A stretch of DNA of 64,000 bases, taken from Selaginella moellendorffii (Eukaryota > Plantae > Lycopodiophyta). This document shows positions 45,850 through 57,574 of this stretch, one piece after another (position 1 is the stretch's first letter; each line of letters starts with the position of its first letter). Made by a program: the position numbers and the translations under genes. Under the pieces are notes generated by a model, which was given only the letters and a program-made list of their open reading frames with translations, was not told the origin of the DNA and did not search any database. The DNA lies in contig NW_003314296.1 in the NCBI RefSeq assembly GCF_000143415.4, positions 725,645 to 789,644 on the forward strand, in the 5' to 3' direction.

Positions 45850-48500
45850 CAAAAGTTAAGTGGTATACAAGTCATTCATGAGGCTAGCAAGTCCTTAAGA
45901 TGGGAATAAAATTTATAAAGATGGTGAGTGAGACTCCTCTAAGTGGTCAAAGGTGTGGTTAAGTGATTTAGTTGCTTACATAAGAAGGATGTTCTAAATA
46001 TTACTTTTTATAACCCATTTAATTTATATGAATTTTTGGTGATGCCATTTAGATTGAATAATTCTTTGGAGACTTTTTGAATGATATTCTTTACAATATG
46101 TTAAAGGTGACTATTAATTTCATTGATAATGTCTTGATCCACTTTAAGGGGACATAAGAGGAACACACTTGTGATGTTTGTAAAATATTGGGATTAGCTA
46201 TAGGAAGTTAGTTTGACATTGATACAATCAAAATGCATATATCTTAAGTATTATATTTTTCATGAAGATTTATAATCTGATTTTGACAAACTTGTGGATA
46301 TTATGAAGTTCTATACTCCAAAGTGCGTGAACAATGTGCAACACTTTCTTGGCAAGGTACAATATATTTTTCATGTTATTATCTTTTTTATCATTGCAAG
46401 CATTAATGAAGTTGTTCATATTATTTTTCATCTAATTTGGGATTGTGAACAAGCATTTGCAAATCTCAAAGATGTGTTAACAACTTTTCTAGTTTTTGAG
46501 TATTTAGACTACACTCAACCTTTTGTAGATGTTTTTGATATTATCTCAAAGGTGTGTTGATGCAAGAGAGCATGATTGTGTTTGGTTAATATAATTCTAT
46601 TATATATATTAGCCATATGTTGCAACCAATGAAGGTGAATTACTCCATGATAACAAAAGTTTCAAAAAGATTTATATGTATTTGCATAGTTTTTATACAT
46701 TGTTAAAAGGTGATTATGTTGCAATCTTTTCATTATTAAAGTAGAAGAACTTTGCTAGTGTAGCGCATGTGATCATGGGATGAGATTTGAATATACTATT
46801 ACTGTGGATCCTTGGAACCTTCGGGGATAAATAGGGATAAAATAACTATTAAGGGCTCTCTCATCCTTTTTCAGTTAGTTTAAGGGGAGAAAAATAATCT
46901 GGTATCAGAGCAAATGGCATGGGTTCAAATCCTATTGATTAGTGGGCATCCATGCGTATGTCCTTCCAAAAGCTCTTTTATCAATTAATTGCCTCTTTTC
47001 CAGTTGGCTTAAGGGGAAAGAGATAAGGTGTGCTATAGTTAGTTTTACAATGTAGTGGGATCTAAAACTTCACCCATAATAACTCTTCTATTCAAGTTAA
47101 GCATACAAGATATTATCATATGACTGAAAAGTTATATAAATCTTTCTATTAGTCAAAGATATGATATGATATTATTTGGTATGTGCATAGTTGAGTTTGG
47201 TACTAAACTTATAATACTATCTTTATTGTTATAAGATAATTAGAGTTAATTGTAGTTTGATATTGAATTGGTGGCATTTTATTTGATGGGGCCTTTTTCA
47301 TAGTCAGAGTGTGTTATTATTGTTTTTTACTACTTTACTTGGTGGGTGGAAATTGGTGCTAATGCTAGTACATCTATGACTGGTATTAAATACTTTCTCC
47401 TTAATTGAGTGGTATTTCAGTATTCTCATCTAGAGCTGATTTTCTTAGACAATAGTTGTACATTTATAGATGAGGCATTTTATATTTTGACATCTTAACT
47501 AAGGATATATCACACTTTCACAAGTGTTTATCATCCACAAATGAATAATTTGGTGAAATAGCTCATTGGACCTTCAAAAGGATGATCACAATATATAAAA
47601 AAATTTAATATTGAGATTAAGATTGTTAATTTTCATGTCTTCAATATGTGTATATCATAGGGGTATATGGTGTTTTACCATATAAAGTATTATATATAGT
47701 CATGATCTAACATTGCCAATAAAGTTTAGTTTACTTTTACAATTGCTATAAGTTGATAATATTAGGACCTAGGATTAATATTTGATGACCATTCTTGCAC
47801 TACTTGGAGCGAAGTTTGTTAAACACTTCTGCCACATATAAATGGGACAATAGCAATGTTATGTGGAGTATAAAGTTGTCACAAATGTGATTTTAGGTAT
47901 CAAAAGTTACTTGTCGGCCAATCCTTACGGACACTCTTTTCTTACTGCCACAATGGCAGGAGGTTGGTATTACTGGACCCGTTATCAATTCTCACTTGGC
48001 CTAGTTGAGAGACTTCCCAATAACCATGTACTTAGATTGGATAAACATAAGGTATGAACCCCTATGTGTTTCTTGTTGAGTATACTCGGCCTAATTTGAG
48101 AAACTTGTGTCATTGGCTTGCACTTGCTAGTATCAAAAACCCCCATGATATTGAGCTCGGTGCCTCAATATCGCTAGATGATAGCTTATCGTGTTTATTA
48201 AACACCCTCACTATCATACCCTTTGTGTTAGTCTCATTTTAGTCCCAAATGCTATTTATAAAAAGTGTCTAGATTTGCTCATTTGGCATATCTACAGAAT
48301 GTAAAGATTCTCCTGAGCATAATGGTGTTCGTCCCATGTCCCAATTCGCAATCTAGGGATATTCCATATTTAGTAAATTTCAAGTTTATTCCAGAGACTA
48401 ACTTCTAGTACTAAGGGAGGCTTGGGGTGAAAGCCCAAATCATGTCTTCCTCAAAAAAGGGGGTGGGGGGGGGGAAAGGGTTATTGGGGGTTTTAAACAT
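45850..48500 (+). mobile_element. Highly decayed gypsy pol (RT, RNase H, integrase), 3' end and PPT
   Basis: TPFNLYEFLVMPFRLN (~46010), WDCEQAFANLKDVLTT..YLDYTQPF (46440-46530), YHPQMNNLVK (~47530). 48200-48440 resembles 33780-33995 and is followed by a G-rich PPT. Confidence 0.75.
46759..47037 (+). mobile_element. Miniature TRIM-like LTR element inserted in the decayed pol
   Basis: TGTAGCGCA..TGTGCTATA ends, internal PBS TGGTATCAGAGCA at 46900, near-TSD GCTAG/GTTAG; same family as 57773. Confidence 0.7.
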
Positions 48501-49551
48501 ATAGTACAGATAGTGGGTAGGTTAAGCATGGCTAACTAACTTGAAGCATAGTCTAGCTCCCGCTTATATGCCTATCTTTGTTTTGCATCTAACTTGGGTT
48601 TAAGCCCAAGTTCCACACTATGCTAGCTGGTGGAATACCCATGGCTTTGCGTTAGGCCACTAGTATACCGAAATAGCGCCAAACTCCATTTGGCTCCGTT
48701 TTGTATGTTGGTCCTAGCATTAGGATGCTGGTTGCTCTAGGACTGTTCCAAGTTGCTCTAGACTCTTGTTCCTTCATTCTTTGGGGTATATGCTCGGGAG
48801 TTGCTCCATGGTCCGGTTCCATCACTCGGCTCCATGCTTGGGAGTTTGGCATTGTTCCTTCGTTCAGTGGCCCAAGGCCTTGAACTTCAGATTCTACACC
48901 ACTGTCCTTTGGACACATGGCATATGACATGGAGGGTTTAGGTTCCGCTTCATAGTGTTATCCTATGGTAAATCACTATAGAATAAAGAGTAAAAACCAC
49001 ATGCACTACAAAAGTGGATGATTGGTATTTGTTTATTTTCCCAATTTTACAGTGTATAATTTACCTAAAGGGCTCTTTGCTTAGTAGAAAGGATTGTATT
49101 AAGTGTTGTGGCAAGTTAGATTCCAAATTTATGATCATCACCAATTTATGTCATCATTGTGATGAACTTGGATATTATAAAATTGATTATTCACAATTGA
49201 AGAATAAGTAATAAAGAAAAAAGAATAGTTAATCTTTTATTAGCAATAAGTTGAATATTAAAAAGTTGCAAAATTTGTAATGTGAAGATGACAAAAAAGA
49301 CTATTCTGATTAAAGGAAGAGACTTTTAATCACTATTTGATAACTCAACTATATGTAGAATAATTAAAGGAACCTCAAGAGAAGGCATAACATAGTTTAG
49401 GCAAGGTTAAACATCTTTGTCTTTGTTATTTAGTGCTGGGTCATAACAGTGTATTATTTGAAGTTGTTGAAGTTAGGAAGCTAGACAACTTGCATCCCTC
49501 ACAAAGCATTGTTTGTAATACATAGAAATACTGTTCTTCTTTATTCAAAAT

Positions 49552-49842
49552 TCAAGATTGTTTCTTTAGTGGGATATGGCTGAAATCAAATATCTCCTTG
49601 AGACTGAAAATAAGTTTCTGTGCATCTTGATCTCCATCTGATGACAATTCTTCCACCATATAAGCAACAACATCATCCCTAATATTGTCCTCGAACTCCA
49701 CATGCTCTCCATCACTAAAAACAGCTTCTCCTCCTTCCTCTGAACCACCTAAGCTTGACAATGAACTCAGAATGGACTCATAAGACATTGTATGTAAAAA
49801 AGAACAAATAAAAAGTTTTGTTTCTGCTAAATTCAATGTCAT
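49552..49842 (-). other. Acidic ORF/exon of unknown function, with minus-strand GTAAG donors upstream (~49990, ~50112)
   Basis: MSYESILSS..DDVVAYMVEELSSDGDQDAQKLIFSLKEIF. Confidence 0.3.
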
Positions 49843-50144
49843 ACAATAGTTTCAAAAAGCAAATTGGCGGCAGAAGTATGCGTGCTTGGTAACAAGACAC
49901 ATCTCAACAGCAAACATGAAAAAATTGACTTGGCATTTTCCTGCATGATGTAAAGCATAAGCTTTAAGGAGAATGATAGAGAGCACTTACCTTGTGAATT
50001 CAATGCTCTTGAAGTTTTGTCATGTCAGGAAGTTTGCATGTTAAGAATGGCACATCTAGGGTAAGCATCTAAACATTCACCAACAAAGAAAGCACATAAA
50101 GACTGTACTTACTATAGCTACCGTCTCGTTTCTTTGTTTTCTTC

Positions 50145-50350
50145 TGGAAAGTTTACTGAGGTCAGATGGTATCCGGTAGCTGGTTTGATCAGCACTCTCA
50201 AGCTGGAAGCATTAGAAACCAGCTCCAGGGACTCGTTCCAGACTCAAGTCTAGATATTGAGAGATGAGAGTGTGTAAACATCTTCTGGGATGCAGCCTGT
50301 GAGCTGGTTCCAGCGTGCCTGAGTTTCAAGAGCCAGGGCGCTGCCTAAGT
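50145..50350 (-). pseudogene. Degenerate plant extracellular LRR gene fragment
   Basis: Hand translation LGSALALETQARWNQLTGCIPEDVYTLSSL, then by frameshift QYLDLS, NASSLRVL and PSDLSKL. Confidence 0.6.
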
Positions 50351-50425
50351 CACTGCCGAGAAATGTAAAGTGAAATAGATTTAGTAAGGGTTAGGGCATT
50401 AAAGGCATTTTGCAAAGGGCAAGCT

Positions 50426-52120
50426 ATGGCGCGAACAGAGCAGGAGCGCAGTGGATGCGTCACAGGTTTGTGGTCTCTCTTTCGACCAAAAAAGGCGCAC
50501 AAGGGCGACAACAAGGTCCACCCGGAAGCCATGGACGCGGCGGCCTCGAAGCTGAAGGTCCAAGATCGTGTGTGTGAGGCCGTCTCGGGAGAAGCCATGG
50601 AAGCCGCCGCCTTGAAGTTGAAGGAACTCAGGCACGAGGTGAAAATCGTCTTAGAAGCGATACGGCAGGAGCGAGGGCACAAGGAACCGATCAAGCCGAT
50701 CAAGCCGGAACTAGAGAAGGAGGACGAAGAGGAGAATCAAGAGAAGAAAGCGGAGCAGCTGAAGGAAGAGAAGAAAGCCGAGCAGGTGAACGAGGAGGAG
50801 AAAGAAGCCGATCAGATGAAGCCGATGAAGCTGGAACAAAAGGAGGAAAACGAAGCCGAGAAGCAGCTGAAGGAGGAGGAGCAAGAGAAGAAAGCTGAGC
50901 AGCTGAGCAAGGAGGAGCAAGAGAAGCTGAACGAGGAGGAGAAAGAAGCCGATGAGACGAAGGAACTCAGGCGCGAGGTGAAACAGGAGCAGCTGGAACG
51001 AGAGGAGAAGAATCAGCCGAATCAGCCGATCAAGCCGATCAAGCCGATCAAGCAAGAGCAGGAACAGGAGGAGGAGCAGCGGATGAAGCCGATGAAGCAG
51101 CAGCTGGAACAAGAGGAGGAGCAGACGATCAAGCCGATCAAGCAGCCGCTGGAACGGGAAGACGATCAAGAGAAGATGAAGCAGCAGGAGAATGACAAGC
51201 CCAAGCAGGAGGAGCAGCGACCCAAGCCAATTCTACTGCCAGCCGGGGGTCGTCGTCCAGGTATGGTTCCTTTTGCTTCTCGCATTCTTCTTCTACTGTG
51301 ACTCACGATGGCCTTCTGGACTTGCAGGTTCCAGGCCGAAGATGGTTCGCTTCTCTTCCTCAGCGGAGGACATTCTTCCCGACGGCACCCGACGGTGGAG
51401 TGAAACCCATCTTAGCGATGGCCGAGGGGGCTATGTTGAGTTCGCGTATCTCGAAGCTTTCCACAAGGCAAACCGGTGGCTAAACCAGAGGGGAAAAACC
51501 GAGAAGAAGATCCGCAGCTTGGAAGAGGAAAAGCGCGAGGAAACAGAAGAGGAGAAGCACGAGGAAAAGTCTTGGAGTGTTAGCGCACTCCGGATTCTGA
51601 TCAGACTCACCGAGCAGCTTTACGAGGAGCTCAACGGCAAATCCAGCGACCGAGAGAGGATCAAGCGAGCACGGAAGATGATGAGGCTCCAGAAAATGCT
51701 GGATAGGATCCCGAGTGAGAGGAAACCGTGGAAGAAGCTTCAGTCCGGCGAGGTGGTCTTTGTGAAGGAGGCAAAAGAACTATATGATCGTGCAGGGAGA
51801 GATTTTGTTGCCGAATTCAAGAGGAGACAGGTAAGTTTGATATACCTTTCAGATTCCAGATGGCCGTTTGCTAACTTCCGTGTTTGTTGTAGAGAGCTGG
51901 AGTGAACAATGAGTGCTTGTTTTGTCGGAACCATGATAGCGAGAAGATGATCGGCCGGGCTGGAGCGAACTCTAAGACGACTAGACCCTGGGTTTACCTG
52001 AGAAGAGAACACGAGCAAACTGTTCTAAGCACGTTGAAGAAACGAGAAATGAAGTTGGCTCCGAGCTCGAGAAGTTGGCTGCAAGGATTGGTCAACTGGA
52101 GGCCAGTGCTCGGACTCTAG
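50426..52120 (+). CDS. Orphan Glu/Lys/Gln-rich coiled-coil protein with PIK/PMK repeats, 3 exons
   Basis: Exons 50426-51260, 51328-51830 and 51893-52120 join in frame through GT-AG introns. Confidence 0.6.
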
Positions 52121-52129
52121 CATCGGAGA

Positions 52130-54330
52130 AGCCAACTCTCAAGAGTCAAATCCAGAAGTTGGATCTCCAAGCAAGTTGAGCAGCACAGGAGGAGGCCACT
52201 AAAGCTATAGACCAGTTAAGTCGAGAGAAGATCGACCTTCTCGAGGACTCGACTCCAAAGATTTGCAACTGTCCAAGATGTGAAAGCAGTGCGTGACGAC
52301 CGTGTCTCGGGGCTCCAGGCGGAGAAGTCCATCACACTTCAGGCGTCTAAACAGGCCAGCGACCAGCCTCCACACTCTTCTAAGTCAAGAGAAGATCAAT
52401 GGATCAAGTTTGACTGCACTCTACAGTGTCTGGAGCAAGGAGGGATCTATCTTATCAGCTTTCCAGTCGACGGAGATGAGACAGGAGATACTGCTGCGGT
52501 ATAATGTTCACAGCTTGAAGGAATAGTAGCAAGGGAACGACTGCAACGAGATGGTGATGGCGAGAATATGATATAGCTGAAGCTGCTCGTGACAGTGGGG
52601 GTATTCGGATTCACAGAGAGGGCTGCAGAGACTATAAGACAGACTACGCTCGACTTTCTCTGTCATCTGGTAGAGCTCTCTAGTTGACGGAGACTTTGAA
52701 AACGGGTCAGGGCTGTCCAGGAATGCTCGTACAGCTGCTCGGATGAAAGTATCAGCAAAGAACTGAGTGTCAGATTGCTTCAAGGGAAATCGAATCCAAA
52801 AGTTGGAGCGGGAAAACTCGGAGCTGTGGCCAAATATCCAAGCAAGTCGAGCACCACAATAGCAGGTCACTAAAGCGTCAAGTAGACCAGTCTCCACACT
52901 CTAAGTCGAGGGAAGATCAACGACTGGAATTGAAAGTTTCGGAAGATGGTGGCCGAGATGGAGAGTCGAAAGCGGCGGTTGACGAGGCTCCAGGCGGAGC
53001 AGTTGGCTGGAAGTGCAGCAGAGTCCATCAAACTTCGGCATCTAAACAGGCTAGAGACCCGCCTCCACACTCTTCTAAGTCAATAGAAGATCAATGGATC
53101 AAGTTGGGCTACACTCTACAGTGTCTGGAGCAAGGAGGGATCTATCTTATCAGCTTTCCAGTGGATGGAGATGATTCAGGAGCGCCTGCTGCGGTAAGGC
53201 TGTCCATGATAGTAGTGAGGAACAACGTAAACCAGTGTCAGATGGCTGCAAGATGGCGAGAAGACGATATAACTGAAGCTGCTCGTGACTGGGGTTTCGG
53301 ATGGCTGTGGAGACTATAAGACAGACTATGCTAGACGTTCTCTGTCATCTGGTGGAATGAGGGAAGTGTTCGGACAGGAGTTCTTGAAGGAGAAGCCCCA
53401 GGGGATAATGGCTGACGGAGTTGAATCCGCTGCACGAGGTGGAGCTCTCGGCGAGGAGCACGTCGAGAAGAGGATGGCGGAGTTTGGAAGCGCAAAGGCG
53501 AGGCTGGAGAAGCAAGTAACTGGCGGCTGATGGAGAGGATCACGGGACTCGAGGCGCTGGAGGAGAGAGAGACGTGCCAGATGCAAAGCAAAGCTTTGGG
53601 CGACGAGCTCTGAAGGATGAAGAAGACAAGCGCAGAGGGTTGACGGATCAGATGGACGCTACATGCAACAAGAAGGAGCATCTGGCTTCGCAGGAAGCTG
53701 TGTTTTTGCATGCTTCCGCTCAAGCTTCTCAGCACGATCAAGGCCTGAAGTGGCGGAAGCATTCCCTAACTGTCAGAGGTTCTAAGCACGTCGAAGAAAC
53801 GAGAATGGAAGTTCAAGAAGTAACCAGCTCTCGAGAGTCAAATCCAGAACAGAGGTGCAAGCCAAGTACTGACAGCTCGAGCAGCACAGGGAAGCCTGCG
53901 CCAGAGACCAGTCTCCACACTTCTAAGTCAAGAGAATATCAACCTCGTCGAGGAGATATCCTCCCTCGACTCCAAAGTTTCGGAGATATCTTGATCGATC
54001 GGGAGATAGCAGATAATTTTGTCAAGATCTGGGCTTCTCAAGCGGAGGTCGCCGAGATGGTGGCCGAGATCGGAGCAGTCAGCCAGCCGAGTGGAGCAGA
54101 GTCCATCAAACGTCGGCGGGGGAACAGCGAGATGAAGGAGAAGATGAGATGCCAAGACGGATCAAGACAAAGCTCTCTAGTTGACGGAAACGGGACAAGA
54201 GCTTCAATGCTGTCCAGGATCGCTCTTACAGGTGCTTGGATGATAGAAGATGATGATGGCAAGATGATCTCGAACTCGAAGAAACTGCTTGTGACGGCGG
54301 AGCCAGAGGTTCGGCTTCACAAAGACTGAA
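52130..54330 (+). pseudogene. Scrambled, internally duplicated remnants resembling the plant BTB/POZ At3g50780/At1g63850-type family
   Basis: DILIDREIADNFVKIWASQAEV, RDWGFGWLWR and CLEQGGIYLISFP pieces; ~150-bp duplicate at 52340-52500 / 53035-53195 and other repeated blocks. Confidence 0.45.
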
Positions 54331-55347
54331 AAACGGCTGATGTTCGCCTCTGACATGTGGAGACTACAAGAGCTGGAGTGAACTCTAAGACGAAGCAACA
54401 GTCATAAAGACAGAAGATCAGACGAGTTTCATGGAACGTGGAAGCTGGTGCAAAGCGATTCAGAGGTTCAATGGCCACCTTTACAATCGAGAAATGTGGA
54501 CTGAGGGTACGTAGAGTCATTCTTTTTTTCCTCTTCCATTCATTTCATCCGACACACAAATTGTGATGGTAGCTCCTTTAGTATCAGCAACAAATCCTAT
54601 GGTATATTTTTTGTTTTTTAATTTTCTCCTCTGGTGGAATATCTTCTGAGCTCCAACTTGGTCCAGATCGTAGCAGGCCGTCTCTTCGAGACTAAATAAA
54701 TAAAACATCTCAAAGGAGCTGCTTATTCTGGCCAACTTGTGAGTAAATAACCTTGAGAGATTATGTTTCTTTTCTATTTGGAAAATAGTCTGACTGCCAA
54801 CTTGGTCCAGATCATAGGAGGTTGCCAGAAGAATATGTAAATGAGGGTGGAGCAGGACTTGAAGCAGCGAAAGATAAAACCAGCGTCAGAGATCATAAGA
54901 ATCGAGCAAGTGGGAATGGAAAACTGTAAGATGATTTTAAAACTTGGAGAGAAAGGGAGCAGGCTGAAACAGCTAAGATCGAGCAGCAAAGATTGAGCAG
55001 CTTAAAGACGAAAAATTTCTTAAACCAAGCAGGGGCAGCAGGTTGAAAAATCGAAGTTTTAAGTTCGCCCAGCAGAGCAGGGGCAGCAGCTTCAAAAAGA
55101 AAAGTGGAAGCAGCTAAAGAGCAGTGACAAGTTTGATCGAGCAGCAGAATAGTTCAGACTCGTGATAGTTTTTTTCATATCATTTTCTTTGATTTAGCTG
55201 TAAAAACGATGATTTAATGTTCAAATTTATAATGTTTGAAAGGTCCGAGATCCGACTTTGATCTTAGCAACAAGATGACACCTAGAGCACGCTAGGGCTT
55301 GGCGGCGCGGCCGCTTGGCAAGGCATCCCCTGAAAAACTCGTGAACT

Positions 55348-56200
55348 TTACCATGTAGGCCGAGTATTTGCAATCTGTAGACTTGTCTCTAACATCGTGG
55401 ATCTTCTTGTACGTTTGCAAGGATTCCTGATCAGTTTGTCCCGTAACTCGATTAGAAAATGGAAAAACAAATCCAGCTCAGGAAAATAAGATCTTACATA
55501 GTTTGCTCCAGAGGCATTACCATCACATAGCATGTAAATTTGAACCGACCCGACCATATTTGAACGATCTTCAATCCACTGGGAGTTTAGCAACTCCACC
55601 TGTGAAATAAAAAGAACGAAACAATTAAAAACAATGATGAGAGTCATACTATTAACAAGAACCTCCAGTGGTTCTGGGAAAAAGCAAAATCACATGAGAC
55701 TAGAAGAATTCCAAAGCCTTTGAAGACGTGCACGTTGATAAAGGACGCTTTGCCTTAAATCTCCTGCTGGACTGTGGGGTAACGATGTTGATAGCGAAGG
55801 TGTTCGACTTTCTAGGCATGACACCACGACACCACGTTAGAGCAAGAACTCAGGAGCTAATATGTACGCACCTCCAGTTGTTCCATATGGTATAAAGCCA
55901 TTTGACTTGGTCTAGAAGGTCATAAGCGGATGAAAAGGCTTGCCCACCTCCTTCCAGACAGTCAAAGTTGTTACCATTGTATGGGAAAAAAAACTAAATT
56001 TCTGCACGTCGCCACCAATCAAACTTGTAAGATTGCTGTACGTGAGCATCAAAGAAAGCTTCAAATCGTGAACGAGAGTCTAAAGGCCATCGCATTTGTA
56101 ACAATTGGCAAGAGACTTCCCTTCACCTCTGCAATTTCTTGCAGTTTGATAGATAGATCAGCATTGCAACATTTTACCAGCCTCCACACACAAGCACTCT
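55348..56200 (-). other. Possible spliced gene fragment of unknown function
   Basis: Last-exon-like ORF VELLNSQWIEDR..RPTW* after a TTTCACAG acceptor (~55601); family not recognised. Confidence 0.25.
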
Positions 56201-57574
56201 TTTAGATACTCTTGTATAGGAAATTGATAAGTAGAAACACTTGTCTTCGTTTGGTTATTATAAATAAAAGTTCCTACTAAATACTGTAATCCAAGTAGAA
56301 ATTTGATTATTAATTGATTCTTTTTACTCTTTACATTTGGGCTTTGACATTTTCCTTTATTTAGTTATTATGTTGCAAGTTTATATTTTTATGGGTTCTT
56401 AAAATCTATGAAATCAAATATTTAAAGAAAATTTTTATTGGTAATAAAGTTTTATTAGTTTCACTATTTTATGTTTTTTGAGAAAATATTATAAATTAAT
56501 CTGTATTTAGTTACACACACACACACACAATATGAAGGTATTCTTAAAGTATAACATCAGACTGGTATACAACTACTAAATTTTTTACAATTGCATTAGC
56601 TGATAATAATATATATTTTATCTAAAAAATATTAAAACAATGATATTTTAAAATTCTCAATATACCAATTAATTTTAAAAACTTTATAGTAATTGTTACA
56701 ATAAAATTAATAAAAAATTTATATTTTATATAAATAAAAATTGATTTAAAAGTAGATTAAAGATATAGTTTTTTAATTCTTTAATAAATCATGGTATTAA
56801 ATAGGATATTTATGTGAAGCAAAAACTCCAACAACACCAACATAAGTGAGTACAAAGAAGCACTGCTGCCTAAAGATTCAAACTTCCTTACTATGATGTT
56901 AATTATCATGGCTATGTAGAGGTTTGTCCTCCTTAACACCAACATCATTAGCAATGCCAATATTATTTTCCATCACAACACTCACTTACTCAATTATTCT
57001 TTACTTTTCCTAAGGCTTTTTTTTGTATTTTCTCTCCCTCTCCCATCAATATTACTATTGTCCTTTGATCCTTTATGGTGGAAAACTGCTCAAGGGATCA
57101 AAGAAAAGTTAGATTAATATTTCTGATTGAAATATTTGGGAAAGTAAGAAAATCAAAGCCTTTGTGTTTTTAATTGCTTCTTTGTTCTTCATATTTCAAC
57201 TATAGTTTTAAAGTTTTGCTTATAAACCTCAAAATTAGAAGAGATCTTGTAGATGGTATGTGTTCAATATTTTATTTATTGTGTAATCTTTGGTCCTAAC
57301 ACCTAGGTGAATTTAGTGAATTGGCTAGAAGAAAGTTATAGAGTTAAAAATCACATACTTCTATTATAGACTCTTGACAACCATGAGGAATCGAGTGCTC
57401 TTAGATTTTAGAAAAACCCCCTGAGGGACTAGTGAGTTCAACCAGCTTTATTATAAAGGCACTTCTAAATACCAATAGACTAGTGAGTCTGGCCAGCTTG
57501 ACTAGAAGAGCTTTACAAAGATGCTAGAATCTCTAGAACACTAGGTTACTTTGGCAATATAAAGTCCTTGCAAG

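Noticed and set aside
46759-47037. Cassandra (5S-carrying TRIM) or a real tRNA gene
   Set aside because: No 5S A/C-box sequence recognisable in the LTR and no full cloverleaf around the B-box-like motif
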